Of a DNA stretch of 64,000 nt, positions 1-12,734 are shown piece by piece. Numbering within the stretch: the first letter of the stretch is position 1; each line of letters opens with the position of its first letter. Both the position numbers and the translations under genes were made by a program. The DNA is from Podarcis melisellensis (lineage: Eukaryota). The notes below the pieces were generated by a model. The model was not told the origin of the DNA. It worked only from the letters and a program-made list of their open reading frames with translations, and ran no database searches. The stretch lies in assembly GCA_964234715.1 (NCBI GenBank), contig OZ174285.1, one strand, 5' to 3'.

Positions 1-320
1 CCTGACTAGTTTGGCTCCTACTACAGCATGTCTGTTTACTCCCTGCCTACTCTATCCTGGGTTTCTACATAGCTCCACAGATAGTATTCTCAGTGACTGA
101 TTTGTACAAAGCTTTCTGACTATAGCATGTTCACTAGATATTCAAAGGGTCAGAACTGATGTGCAGATTATAGGATCATATAAGGGTCCCATAAAGTTAA
201 AGCAAAGGGAAGAGAAAGAAGATTGTGGATATAAAAGTTGTTTTAGACATTACAACCAAAACTAGACAGGAAAACTCATTCCGTCTGCTTGTAAGTCAAT
301 GGATAAAATCAGGAACCTAC

Positions 321-543
321 CTCGGTATAAAATCTGATTGGTTGGAGACTGCAGTCAGCTCATAAACATAGGAGTAGGATTCTGCAGACAAGACAATTAG
401 ACTTTTGTTGGAATTAAGAGACACTACACTGACAGTGGTGAAATGATTGGCAGAAGGGGCTTCCAGCAATGGAGAGAACTGGTTTTTTTCTGAGTTCCAA
501 GAATACAGAGCTGATTTATCCTTGCTAGCAAAGAGCAAATGGC
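321..543 (-). CDS. ADGRV1: ADGRV1 exon ~51 (223 nt), end of EAR region
   Basis: GHLLFASKDKSALYSWNSEKNQF...QSDFIP; AG|GTAGG donor. Confidence 0.94.
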
Positions 544-1335
544 CTGCATCAAGAAACAGAAAAAGGAAAGAACTTTAGAGGGACAAATTTAAAATGTTTA
601 TGTTGAAAGAAAAGAAGAGCTAGTTGGTTAATTTGCTTTCAATGTTTGTTACATCTAAGCATCTGCTTAACATTTAATTCCTCTTTATATTTTTACTTCA
701 AGTAAAGTTTTCAACTTATTTTTTAGAACATGAAAAATAAAGTTTAGAAAAGAATGGTTTTCAACTATAATGAAATGCTTGCTCTGCCTGGATAAAATTG
801 CTTTAACAATTAACATTACTTCTGTCTCATCAACTCTTTTTATTTTTCTGTCTAATATTGACATTTCATTTTGATTTCATAGGAAGAATGTTTCCTGCAT
901 TAAATTATTTACTTCCTCTAAACCTGGCATCAATATCCTTCAGTATATTAGTTTCATGTTCGTGTTCATGCAACTCCATGATACTACACAGAACTAGTAT
1001 GCCATACAGAGAAAATACGGTAATATCAGCAACAAAACAACAAAAACATGCCCATTAAGTATCCTTCTAGATTCAGACCTTCAAACACCTTTTGACACCA
1101 GAATAAATGTATCCGAATCATTTTCCTGCATATGTACACTGAGAAACCATGGCCAACTGCAACATCTCTCAGCGTGCATGTGCAGCAAAAAGGAGTATTT
1201 GTGCTATTTATACACGGTGTTTCCATGTACATACTTTTTCCAACAAGGAGATGATACAAAGTGTTGGGAAAGCATTTTATAGAAGCCAACTGTAAGAGGA
1301 CCTTCTCCCCACACCAACCAAAAAACCCCACATAC

Positions 1336-1458
1336 CTACACCTGAGGGTGGGACAAAAGTATGGATTTCATTTACAGCTTTTATAAAAAGGGACTGAAAA
1401 TGCCTGAATGAAGGTTGTCCTGTCTCCCACACAAAAACTTCACATGTATTGTTGGGCC
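1336..1458 (-). CDS. ADGRV1: ADGRV1 exon ~50 (123 nt), EAR/EPTP region
   Basis: GPNNTCEVFVWETGQPSFRHFQSL...VPPSGV. Confidence 0.93.
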
Positions 1459-2044
1459 CTGTGGAGAATAAGAAGAGGAAGAGCATAAGCTTGCATGCAA
1501 ATATTTTAACCAAGATTATCAGGTAATTATTTGCACAGTGACTAGCACCATAGTACCTGAAAGTATTTATTTATGTTATGTATCTCAGGAAAAGCAAAAG
1601 TATGATATAACTAGAACCACAGATGGGACCAACTTCTGGGATTTTATTTATTAATTTCTACCTAAGTGAAAGTATTTGATAAAGATTTTTTTAAAAAAAA
1701 TTAAGAATCAAATAAAATGTAGAAATCAAAATAATTGTAAATTACTAGCTTCTGATGTGCTTCTTGAAAAAGTATCTGCTGCACATTTGATCATTGCTAG
1801 CCATCCTGAGTTCCTTTTGAAGGAAGAACAAGATAGAAGAAATAATAATATTACTATTACCATTTTTTATTATTCAATTACATTGGCAAGGACAAGCTTT
1901 TTATATAATAAAGAGGCCATAGAAACATTTTCTTGATAAGAGTCATAAAGAAGTAATTTCCGTTCCCATTTCATGTTTCTATTTCCATAGTAACAGCTGA
2001 ATCTTAATGTATTTCTGTCAAACAGTTCTTGTTTGTATGAATAC

Positions 2045-2297
2045 CTTTTGCAAAAATTAGGTAGATGTCAGATCCAGAAATGAAGGCTTTGACTCTTGTT
2101 ACGCCATTGATTGGCAGTTCATGAAGCTTTCTAAATTTGTTATCTGGCCATTGGTATAAAAGAGGAGCATGTGAGGTGTCTGATGGAGCCACAACTAGAT
2201 ATGTAGTGCCTCCCCTTGAGAAAAGATCCACGCTTAGAACTCCATTCACCGAGAGCTGATGATGGAATCTAAAGACGCCATTATCCCAGAGGAAAAT
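2045..2297 (-). CDS. ADGRV1: ADGRV1 exon ~49 (253 nt), EAR/EPTP region
   Basis: IFLWDNGVFRFHHQLSVNGVLSVDLF...SDIYLIFAK. Confidence 0.92.
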
Positions 2298-2818
2298 CTG
2301 TGGAAAATGAGGGGAGAAGAAAACACCTTTTGTTACAGCTCAGACTATACACAAAGAAATCAGAAGTCATGTTAAAATGTATCAGAAACAAATGCAGTAC
2401 TTACAAACAGAAAGCTATGATAGGGTGCATGTAAGTCCAATACAACCCAAATTTGTAACTTATTGTCTATACCAGAACAAGCAGTTTAGTCAGTAAGCAA
2501 AGAAGCACCTCTGACAACTGCAGAATAATATAGCTTATTTTAGCTATATTTATTCTAGCTATATTTATTGGTGTGCTTTAGAAATCTTGTTTATGAAAAT
2601 ATATAGTAAGCATCTGCAGTCAATTTACAAATTATTGAACAACGACAGAAATTACCCCCGTCTTCTTACTTCAATTACATCAAATTGAATTTGGTGCATT
2701 ATTTCTACTCAGATGCTTAAACCATTCAGAATGCTGCAAAAGTTCTGAATACGTTGATCTCAAACAGTCTAAAGAACAAGCACACATTACACAGGAAGAA
2801 TAAGGAAGGTCTTTCAAC

Positions 2819-2926
2819 CTGGAGAGAATTGGATTCAGGCATACAACTTGCAATAACCAAGTAGTGCTTTTGGTCCAAACTGAAAAACTTTATATCACTG
2901 CTATCCGGCACAAAGATGGTCTGGAT
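2819..2926 (-). CDS. ADGRV1: ADGRV1 exon ~48 (108 nt), EAR/EPTP region
   Basis: IQTIFVPDSSDIKFFSLDQKHYLVIASCMPESNSLQ; weak donor CAG|GTTGAA. Confidence 0.88.
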
Positions 2927-3327
2927 CTGCAAGGCGAAAAAAGATTTATCAAATTTAGGGCATTAACACGCATGTAATTTATTTAATATTGTACTATAAT
3001 GTAGCGAATGGAGAAGAACAGAAGGCAAGAGGCGGGCGGGCAGGGTCCCAATGAAATTTTAAAGACCCAGGTCTGCCACTGAAGAGAGGATGGGAACAAA
3101 TACAAAATAGGTAGCTGTCATTTCCTCCATTATGCCTAATTGCTGCTTGGAGCTTGATTTAAATTTAGGAAACAAGGGGGGAATTCCCCTTACTCCAGCC
3201 CAGTTTGGACCCCCTTCCAACTATATGACAACTATCACAGGAAAGCATGCTGAGAGTGAATGCACTCCACCAAATCTATGTAAGTATATTGGGTTTAAAA
3301 AACTTTTGGATGAGCTAAAAACGTTAC

Positions 3328-3474
3328 CTGTAGCATCTGGAATCCAGGGGTGAAGGAGTACACAGTGTTGTTAGAAGGTCTATCTTGTTTCATTCCACCA
3401 TGAGTAATTATTAGGTAGGAAGCGCCATTGATTTGAAATGCCATGCATTGATGAGGATTCGCAATACTAAAATC
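3328..3474 (-). CDS. ADGRV1: ADGRV1 exon ~47 (147 nt), EAR/EPTP region
   Basis: Manual translation DFSIANPHQCMAFQINGASYLIITHGGMKQDRPSNNTVYSFTPGFQMLQ. Confidence 0.92.
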
Positions 3475-4164
3475 CTAAGGGGGGGAAATCATGGCGTCAA
3501 TGACTTAAGCACTTTTAGTACCATGCACGAACAATTGTTTTAAAACAAAAACATTTATTTAATGTTATATTAAGGTGAGATGAAGGCAGGTTCCAAAGGA
3601 GATTCTCTGTACGTAAGAAGAGAATGTTGGATCAGGTCAAAGGTCCATCTAGATAATCATTCTGTTCTCACAGCTGTCAACCAGCATGCAGTAATGGTTG
3701 GTGAGGCAGAGCAGAGTTGCTCACCTGCTTTTCCAACACAGCATTACTGCCAGTTGCTGAGAGGGAGGGGTACAAGGTGCAGGTAGCTAAGCACAGTGCA
3801 GGTGCACTGGCGGAGCCAATCCAACATTCCTGCCACTGTGCTCGCACCACACTGAGCTCTCAGTGCCTTGTGCCTTAGCTTCTCAGGAATCAGCAGTGGT
3901 GCTTGATGTTGAGAAAGCAGGTGAGCAGCTCTGCCCTGCCTGCCCTGCCCCACCAACTGGCAACACTTCAAGCCCGTAGAGATCCAGGTTCGAGAAGCCT
4001 GTGGCCCACCAGATGTTGTTGGACACTGGCTCCCTGTTACTGTTGTTGCAATATTTTGTATGTCCTGAAACAGTGCTAATAGTAATCTGGATTATTCCCG
4101 AGTGCTGTTATTTCCATTTTATTTTCACATGGGAACACTTTGTTTTATAACAGTGTGTATATAC

Positions 4165-4331
4165 CTCAACAGGAACGAAAACTCCCCGCCACTGGAATAT
4201 TGAAGAATTTACAGCTGGGTACGTCCGCAACAATATGCCATAGAGAGAGTCCCCTGCTGCAATGAAGCACCAGCTGGATATTGGTTCTTCTGCAAAACTT
4301 TGTAAAATGGACAACACACTTAATCCACCTT
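4165..4331 (-). CDS. ADGRV1: ADGRV1 exon ~46 (167 nt), EAR/EPTP region
   Basis: GGLSVLSILQSF...SSIFQWRGVFVPVE. Confidence 0.92.
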
Positions 4332-4587
4332 CTGCAACAAGAAGAAAATATGCACCAGTTACTGTGTGGATTGGCAGGGAAAAAAAGAAAGAGAAACCCA
4401 TATTATAGAAGTGAGGGCCTCATCTCAAATGCAAAAGAAGAAAAAGTGTGCAGCAGAGAAAACAGTGATAGATTTACAGCCAGTGACATTGGTCAAGTCA
4501 GCTCCTGGGTACAACTTAGTTCTCCTTGTTTTATTAGGCCAATTTGTAATATGTGATTTTAAAAAACCTACTCATGAATTGACTTAC

Positions 4588-4712
4588 TTATCCCAAATGC
4601 AGTATCAGACTGTGTTTCCCATTCCACACTCACTGATGTGTTCATCCCATTGCTCCGGGATATTTTCAAGTAGACTGTAGTGTTGGCTTCTTCAATTATG
4701 AGAGAATTTGTC
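4588..4712 (-). CDS. ADGRV1: ADGRV1 exon ~45 (125 nt)
   Basis: TNSLIIEEANTTVYLKISR...ETQSDTAFGI; A|GTAAGT donor. Confidence 0.94.
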
Positions 4713-4912
4713 CTAAAAGTTATGGAGACCATTACTAAAGTAAAGAAATTAATGTCCTTCATAAGACTAGGGTATGGAGGGCCTTAACGAAACTAGGATC
4801 TGAGGCCTGTTCCATCCTCCAAATTCAATCCTCCAAACCATGGGATTGGGTACATTAAGTGTGAAAAGATTCACTAGGTCCAGCAGTTACGGAGTCTGAC
4901 TGGAATATAATA

Positions 4913-5148
4913 CAGTGGAACCTCGATTTTCGAGTGTCTCAGAAGCCGAATGTTTCGGAACCCAAACACTGAAAACCTGGAAGTAATTGCTTCCATTTTT
5001 GAATGCACCTTGGAAGTTGAACGGCTTCTGCTGTGTGTTTTTCCATTTTCTCATTGCTGACAGTCCTTTGCGCCTCGGTTGTGAAACGCATTTCAGAAGT
5101 CGAACGGTCTTCCAGAACAGATTACGTTCGACAATCAAGGTTCCACTG
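4913..5148. mobile_element. Tc1/mariner (Tigger/pogo-type) MITE
   Basis: TIRs CAGTGGAACCT / AGGTTCCACTG, TA on both sides. Confidence 0.88.
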
Positions 5149-6105
5149 TACTTACAATAAGGATGACAAAATTCATTTGCACTAACATGAAAGAAAATCA
5201 CTATAAGGTTTTATATTATTTATTTCACCCCAAATAAGATAATTAACACATAAGTTTACATATATAGTAGATATACTCTGCTGTGCAAACTGTCCTGGGT
5301 GGGGTGGGAATTGCGACTCAGATTTGAAGGTCCCATGAGCAGCTCTGCTCATGTAATGTTTGTGATGGAGAGGGAGGGGACCATTTTTTCTGATTCCTCT
5401 TTCCCTTGACGCCCCCTATGCCACAAGGAAAGCTGTGGGAGGTGGTACAGGCTGGGAATCAGCAAAAAAAAAAAAATCCCCTTTCCCCCTTCCTCCTGTG
5501 GGAACTTCCTCTGGATTTCATTATTTTCCTCAAACGGAAGGAGCATGCCTGTTCAAGCAAGGGATATTCTGGATCCCACCCTGTAAATGCAATTAATAAA
5601 ATGACAAACTATGAAGTGTCATAACTCCCATCATCTTACTTTGGGTCTTCTAAGGTATTTTTATGAAAATAGAATCATTCTTTAGTAAACAGATTCATGG
5701 ACATCTACAAAAAAAAGTTAGATGCAAAACGCTGGTAGAATCTGAAGACATCTACTATTAAAGAATAGATTATCAAGGTATGTTAGCTAGCACAATTTTC
5801 TAAAGTAAGTGAAATTTATGGATTAGGAGGTAATAAACAGAACATAGTTGTTTTTGTTAAGAGCTGACAACAGTTAATTGAGTTGTGAAAATGAAAAATA
5901 TGTAATGATATCAGTGCTTATAGTTGTGTATTTAATGATATATCTTAGATATGTTTGACTTATGGGTTTATAAGCATCTACATTTATCAGTATTTTAACA
6001 TAAATTTTTAAAAATGAATAATTGAACCAACATAAAATGCAGGACAATATCCTATCCACAAACAAACAAAAAGTGGCATTTACTGTGATGGCATTGCTGG
6101 TGTAC

Positions 6106-6281
6106 CTATTTGAAACTGGGAAGATACTGAAAAGTCCCAATGGGGCTTGATTCTGCAACACTGTGATAAAAGTTTCTACTCTTGTGCCCAGTCTGGCTCC
6201 ACCTGTTGGACTGAACAGGGTAACAACAAAATGTTCATCCATTTCTGGTTCAGTATCTAGTATGGCAGTTATATGCAAAGT
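6106..6281 (-). CDS. ADGRV1: ADGRV1 exon ~44 (176 nt)
   Basis: TLHITAILDTEPEMDEHF...FPVSN. Confidence 0.95.
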
Positions 6282-6784
6282 CTGTAAGAGAAAACAAATG
6301 TATAAAGTGAAATTATTGCATAGACAATGACAGTGAATTTTTGAAACAGAAAGTAGATAGATGCCAACTTCACTATATTATATTGGAACTGTTCTACACA
6401 TAATAAAATGGCGGACTTCTGGACTGTAACATTTCAGATAATGAAATCGCATTTTCATATAAAAATAGAAAAACCTGTTTTTGAATGATCCACCATGCAA
6501 ATTCTCACGTATAGTGTATTTTTGTACATACTTTTTGCTAATCTAAGCATTATAACTATGTACTTTCCTCTAATATACGGTTTATTGTAACACATCTTTG
6601 GGTTGGAAAATTGCATCGTAAAATGAGGAGGTGTGTGAATTTTGAAGGAAAGCAAAATTTTGTTTTGTATATTAGTACAGAAAACAATAAGTATAGGTTC
6701 TCATTAAAATAGGAATTTCTTCCTCATCCCTATATGAAACCAAGTAACATTTCTTCCACTTTGTAATAACTACCTGCATATTAC

Positions 6785-7047
6785 CTTGAATCTGACTCCC
6801 TCTTCTAGAACAACATAGCCTTGTGATGGAGTCAAATCTATAGACGCTTCAGAAGAATTTATCTCTCTCACAAGATACTGGACAGTCACAGTTCCAAAGA
6901 TTCCCTGAGGAGGTTCCCTGATAATGGTTAGTACTGCAACACTTTCCATTAAATATAGTGCTGATGGTTCCCTTAGAAAGAAATGTTCACTGTTGTTGAA
7001 GGACAAAACTCCATGGCCATCATCATTGGCAAGGATGGTAACAGTGG
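6785..7047 (-). CDS. ADGRV1: ADGRV1 exon ~43 (263 nt)
   Basis: ATVTILANDDGHGVLSFNNSEHFF...LEEGVRFK. Confidence 0.95.
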
Positions 7048-7445
7048 CTTTGAACAGAAAATGAATGCAATTATTAAAATTCATCTAGGATAATCTTACC
7101 CATATTATACATAAAGGAGCAAAAATGCAAATGTGTTGCTATAAAACCCAAAAAAATGCTGGATCTTAGAATCAACTATTAAGTATGTGTTTTCCTTTGT
7201 ACAACATTTAACATGTGACGTTACTATTTCTTCAACTAATTGCAAAACCATACCACAGATTGTTTGCTGCTAATTTTCTTGTCCCACAAATATTAAACAG
7301 TGCTGGTAGCTGGCTAATTCTCTTGTTGGAATTTAACAGTCTTGAGGAAAAACACACAATTATCCACTGGGGCTAACTATGGTTTGTACAATGTAATTCT
7401 GTAATCACAACATACAGAACTAGTTTTAAGATTAGTTAATGTTAC

Positions 7446-7587
7446 CTGTTGTGTTTTCGCCTAACTCTAACCCAAGGGATGGGTTTGTCAAAATAAGCTG
7501 GAATCTCTCATCCCCTTCAGGAATCTCATCATCAAAAATCATAACATCAACATATTTATACCTTTCTCCATCAGCAAAAGAAAGTGT
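7446..7587 (-). CDS. ADGRV1: ADGRV1 exon ~42 (142 nt)
   Basis: Manual translation TLSFADGERYKYVDVMIFDDEIPEGDERFQLILTNPSLGLELGENTT. Confidence 0.94.
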
Positions 7588-8276
7588 CTAGCAACAAAAC
7601 ACAATGACGCGGTATTTTAGAACATTTCAAAATTCAATACTTCATAAAAATTCAACAAATAAAGATAGGAAGAAAGATGCAAATCTTAGGTGACTTTTCC
7701 AAACCAGTGATGGTAAGTATTAAAGACATTATAAATCCTTTTCAGATGACAAATGAGTATTCAAGGCACATGTGGAGCTCAGGAATGTGATCCTATCTGC
7801 CCCTCATCCTTACTTCCAAGTACTTATCTGAAAGTCAGAACTGAACCTACATCTCTATATAAAATATATACACTTACAAGCTCTCTCCATGCAGCTGAGA
7901 AACCTGACTTTCTCATGGTTCCTGATCAAATGGTGCATTGAGCACACATGAATAGATCTGTTCTGACCTTTGGGTGAATGCCCAGAGGTTGTAAGTGGGC
8001 TCGATCCCTCTCCTCTCTTATGTTCACACTATATGTGCTCACCATATGAAAAAGGTTCCATATATGATTTATTATTATTATTATTATTATTAACCTGTCA
8101 AGATGTTTGTGCTTCCTTTCCCTTCTAGAAAGCAATTGGTTCTCCTTTCTTCTCCTTCCAGCCCTAGAATTTAAAAATTCTAACTAGGCATGTTGTCTGA
8201 TTATATTTCACTGCTGAAACAAATTAGCTGGCTGGTACTATGGTGAACAGTATTTTTTATTAAGGTTAGTTCTTAC

Positions 8277-8415
8277 CTGTGAGGAAAAATTAAAATCCAG
8301 CCCTTGATGTGCTTCCAGATTCTGAGCATACAAGAACAAGGACACTTTACCGTAAGATCCTCGGTCCCGGAATGCTACTAATGTCAAACTTCCATTTACT
8401 TCACTTATTTCAAAA
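8277..8415 (-). CDS. ADGRV1: ADGRV1 exon ~41 (139 nt)
   Basis: Manual translation FEISEVNGSLTLVAFRDRGSYGKVSLFLYAQNLEAHQGLDFNFSSQ. Confidence 0.93.
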
Positions 8416-8503
8416 CTGTTGGGGGAAAAGAAGTACAGCCCTTCCCAATTATATGTATTGACAACAAGTTCATGATTTCATTGGCTATATTCAGATACTT
8501 TAT

Positions 8504-8602
8504 TAGGGCTGCCATACGTCCGGGTTTCCCCAGACACATCTGGGAATCGGGCAGCTCAGCAATTCTGTCAGGATTTTCACTTTTGGGAATATGGCAACCC
8601 TA
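8504..8602. mobile_element. Short hAT-like MITE (99 nt)
   Basis: TIRs TAGGGCTGCCATA / TATGGCAACCCTA; ACTTTAT duplicated on both flanks. Confidence 0.8.
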
Positions 8603-8761
8603 ACTTTATAGACAACAACTGATGTGCTGGTAAAATGGGGATCAGCTGAGGAGCTAATTGCAAAAAATACTTTAGTTATGGGCACTAATATACTAGGGGA
8701 AGGGAAATAGCTCAGGGGTACAATGTTCACTTTGCCAGCAGAATGTCCCAAGTCCAATCCC

Positions 8762-8837
<76 letters not shown>
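8762..8837. repeat. (AGAT)n tetranucleotide microsatellite
   Basis: Direct reading, one interruption. Confidence 0.97.
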
Positions 8838-8838
<1 letters not shown>

Positions 8839-9227
8839 GATACACACACACACATTCCAGGTAGCATGCATAGTTCCCACACCCCAAGATCAGTCAGAAA
8901 ATCTAGTGTCTGAGTGAGGATTTCAACCAAGATCTCCCAGGTATAACACAGTGTCTCCCACATATAGCTACAGGAACTCCAAGGAGCCTAACCTGCTATT
9001 TGAACTTAGGAGACTATAAGCATCTGAGGAGTTGGGGGAAGGAAATTCTGAGGGAAAACTCTTAGATAAATCAGGATACTCTGTAGTATCTGATCCGTTG
9101 GATCATAGCTTTTATTTAGAATTCATCTGGACTTTGACTGCTCAAAACTATCAACTGTGTAACACCAGAGGAAACAGTTCAGTGCTCAAACAACTGAAAA
9201 CAAACATAAGCTGAAGATGAGACTTAC

Positions 9228-9306
9228 TTTGTGTTTTGCCAGCCAACTACTCCTCTTGCTCCATCATTTGCATCAATAATAACCTGTGCTGCTAAACCAT
9301 CTACAT
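9228..9306 (-). CDS. ADGRV1: ADGRV1 exon ~40 (79 nt)
   Basis: Manual translation DVDGLAAQVIIDANDGARGVVGWQNT; AA|GTAAGT donor. Confidence 0.93.
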
Positions 9307-9793
9307 CTAAAGATAAAATAGGTTTTAGTAGCGCATAATATTTTAAGCATTGTTCAGATTTCTGGTGGATGCACAAATGTTTCGAGAACAGTGGATATTT
9401 ATAACTATATTTGTATATTTATGAGTCAATAAACAACATCTATCCACAAAGTATGGGGGTTGATTAGTTCTGAATGCAGATGCATTGTCTTTACTGAATG
9501 AAGGCAATAGAACAGAGACATCTAATTATACCACAAGTCTAAATATTTTCTACACTACCTCTAGAATACACATCTCAAGCGAACTACAATATATTTTTCT
9601 GTTTACCTTTAAGTTTGTAATGAATTAACCCAGTCAAGTCTATAGACATGCAAATAAAGAAGGTTTATTAGAGGTATACTGGAAACAGCCAGAAGGAGTA
9701 CTGAAAGTACAGACTCAGTCCATGCCCAAGACAGTAACTTGCTGAAGTGGGACTAAGGATGCAGTGCTAGACAGAGGGATTGAGGATTTAGAG

Positions 9794-9927
9794 CAGTGTT
9801 TCTCAAACTTGGGTCCCCAGCTGTTGTTGGACTACAACTTCCATCATCCCTAGCTAGCAGACCAATGGTCAGGCATGATGGGAGTTGTAGTCCAACAACA
9901 GCTGGGGACCAAAGTTTAAGAAACACA
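9794..9927. mobile_element. Palindromic hAT MITE
   Basis: ~55-nt inverted arms starting CAGTGTTTCTCAAACTT; 8-bp TSD ATTTAGAG at 9786-9793 and 9928-9935. Confidence 0.9.
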
Positions 9928-10884
9928 ATTTAGAGGAAGCCCAACTGCACTAATGGAACAGCAGATATGCCACCGCCTATCAGCTACATCTTTGAAAACC
10001 CCACCCTACTTATATGCCAACAGAACACTCCTAGGGTAGATCAATAACTATCAGCAAAAGTAGTGGGTGCAATGGCCAAAATTAGCAAATTTACATCATA
10101 TCCTATACTCCTCCAGATCACAACACCTGTGTCAACAGCAGAAGTTTACACCAGTCCCAGATCTGGTGGAGAAAACTCAGTGACAGCCACTCCCTATCAT
10201 GTCAGAGCATATGGTATCATGCAACCCAACACCCAACCAGAAAGGGGGAACACAACTCAAATGGCAGAGTGTGTGGCACAGGTCTGTAGTTCTCAGGCCT
10301 TGTGGCATATACACTTAAGAGCTCCGAAGAAGGCGCTTTGGTGAGAGGAAATTATGGAGAATGGGCAGTTTGCATTTTTCACAAAACAGTTTGGCCTCAC
10401 TATCACAACATAGATGAGAATTTGAGTACATTGCTAACACTTTCCCAGAAGAGGCTGGTCAGGTGGGAGAGGGAAGGGTAAAGTGGCAGGGAGGTTGGTG
10501 CAGTGGACACACATTCCGGGGCTTCTGCTGGTGCATTTGCACTATACCGACAGCCAAGCCTTCACCGCATGCCATTTCAGTAAGCAACAGTGACCTGCCT
10601 GCCAAGAACCTAACATAGGTATTCCATCCCAACCGATGAGCCACTTCTGCACTTCTCAACCAAGAACCCTACCAAGCCACTCCTGTATTTAAATGCAAAT
10701 ACAGATTGAATGCTATGCATTTAATGTAAGATGCTGTCTCATGCACACCAAAAAGTATTTTGAAAGCTTTCATATTTATAAAAGTTAGTGCAAGAAAATA
10801 TATCCAAGTCACACACTGCGTATATTACTTGATATATTACTTGATATATAGTGTGGCGCCAATGCAAAGATGTGAAATGTATAC

Positions 10885-10978
10885 CAAGTCTGGGAGGGAA
10901 AGATGTCAAAGGATGCATGATAAGTTCCACAGATGTAAGATTAACCAGAAAGAATTCTTGTAACTCTGGTACGTCATC
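10885..10978 (-). CDS. ADGRV1: ADGRV1 exon ~39 (94 nt)
   Basis: DDVPELQEFFLVNLTSVELIMHPLTSFPPRL. Confidence 0.94.
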
Positions 10979-11305
10979 CTGAAAAACAGAAATACAATAA
11001 ATACTCATGCTATTGTATTTTAACATGCATTTCAAGAATAATCAAAGAAGGCCATCTTTAACATCCTAAAACAGTGGTAGGGAACCTTCAGGGGTCAAAT
11101 GCCAGTGGTAGGTGGGGCCAGAGCCAAAACTGAGAGGAGCAAGGTATGAGACATTCATTCCTTATGCTCCCACCCCTGTCTTAGAACACTTATTACACAA
11201 GGTCGTTTGAGTCTTCTCTCCCAAAAGATGATTAATTACCTGCCCTCAGGTGGGTCTTCACATAACATATGTAAAATAATATATGATGTAATTCAAAACG
11301 ATTTA

Positions 11306-11533
11306 CAGTCATACCTTGGGTTACAGATGTTTCAGCTTGCATGTTTTCGGGTTGCGCACCGCGCCGAACCCGGAAGTACTAGAATGGGTTACTTCCGGAT
11401 TTCGGCGCTCACACATGCACAGAAGTGCCGAATCGTGACCCACACATGCGCAGACGCAGCGCTACGGTTCGAATGCTGCAGGTTGTGAACGTGCCTCCTG
11501 CACGGATCATGTTCACAACCCGAACGTCCACTG
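11306..11533. mobile_element. Tc1/mariner-type MITE
   Basis: TA-CAGTCATACC...TCCACTG-TA termini, CpG-rich interior with internal inverted repeat. Confidence 0.8.
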
Positions 11534-11872
11534 TAACAGTGACAAGAGCTGGTTCTGTCAATGAAGATTTACTGCATAGTGTAGCCAAGAGATTGAAAAT
11601 GAAAAATGTGTAGTGATCCATTATCACATCACACTAGTTGTAACGGCAGCCAAATAAACCAGTTGATCTCACTTGTATGCATCTCATATCTCTGTTTGTA
11701 ACTGTTCCCCATGACTTATCAACCATGGGTGGGTGGTTGCATCTACAATTAACTCCATACAGCAATAAAATATACATAGCATAAATATGACTCTGTTATA
11801 TTCAAAGTATTATGGCCTAAATCCTGCATCCATCAGAATCATTTTTTGTTGTTGAACAGAATTACTATTTAC

Positions 11873-12036
11873 CTCTAGAATAGTAACATTTATGGTAGCC
11901 AATGTTTCACCTTCTCCTAAAAGCAGTGACCCCGATACAGGTATGTAATCAACTCCTGGTTCAGCCAAAATCACGTCAGTTTGATTCCTTATGCCAAGAA
12001 ATCCTGGAACTGTTGCATAGGTGAGATTGATAACAC
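11873..12036 (-). CDS. ADGRV1: ADGRV1 exon ~38 (164 nt)
   Basis: GVINLTYATVPG...INVTILE. Confidence 0.94.
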
Positions 12037-12554
12037 CTAGTGAGCATGCAAGAAAAGAGTTCAGCAATAATTCTAATCAAGGGAGTTGAAACATGAAGAG
12101 ACATAAATAACTCTTGTCAATTCCATATATTCTTGTGGAAGTGAGAGGTATGTAAAATGACTTACATATGCGACAAATTTATGAAAAAAACAGTAATTAA
12201 CACTCAACAACTAGAATCTGATCCTGTTCAGTATTTCAGACATGTTTTCTTTCCAGATACTCCAATTCCATCTCCACCCTGATACAATATTCTATAGCAT
12301 TTCATTGGTGGTGGTGCCCTTAGAGATAACCTGCCAACTGTGGATGGGGCTAAAGCAGGCAGCAATATAGCCAGAGCAAAAATAGTCAGTCACCCACTCA
12401 CACAATCTCTTTCCCCTACCCACTCTTCCCATGGGCCGGAGGTTCCCAATCTGAGCTAGTAGGTGTGTGTGTATGTGTGGGTACACACACACACATGTAA
12501 ACATTATTAAATACATAAAATTAATTTAGAATCCAACCCACTCCACATACCAAC

Positions 12555-12734
12555 CTAGAGATCCAAATTCTCTGTTAATGAAAAGCTGAATGGTTTTATT
12601 TCCCTCTTGTACCAAAACAACTCTAGATGAAGGAGCAAAACTCAGAACTCCATGTGGTTCATCACTCGCCTCTATTGTCAAAACTGCTTCATAGCCTTGG
12701 CTATCCAAGATAGCAGCTCCAGAAGAAGCAACCC
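12555..12734 (-). CDS. ADGRV1: ADGRV1 exon ~37 (180 nt)
   Basis: GVASSGAAILDSQGYEAVLTIEASDEPHG...NREFGSL; G|GTTGGT donor. Confidence 0.92.

Noticed and set aside
8693-8963. ORFs with IYLS repeats
   Set aside because: Translation of the (AGAT)n microsatellite.
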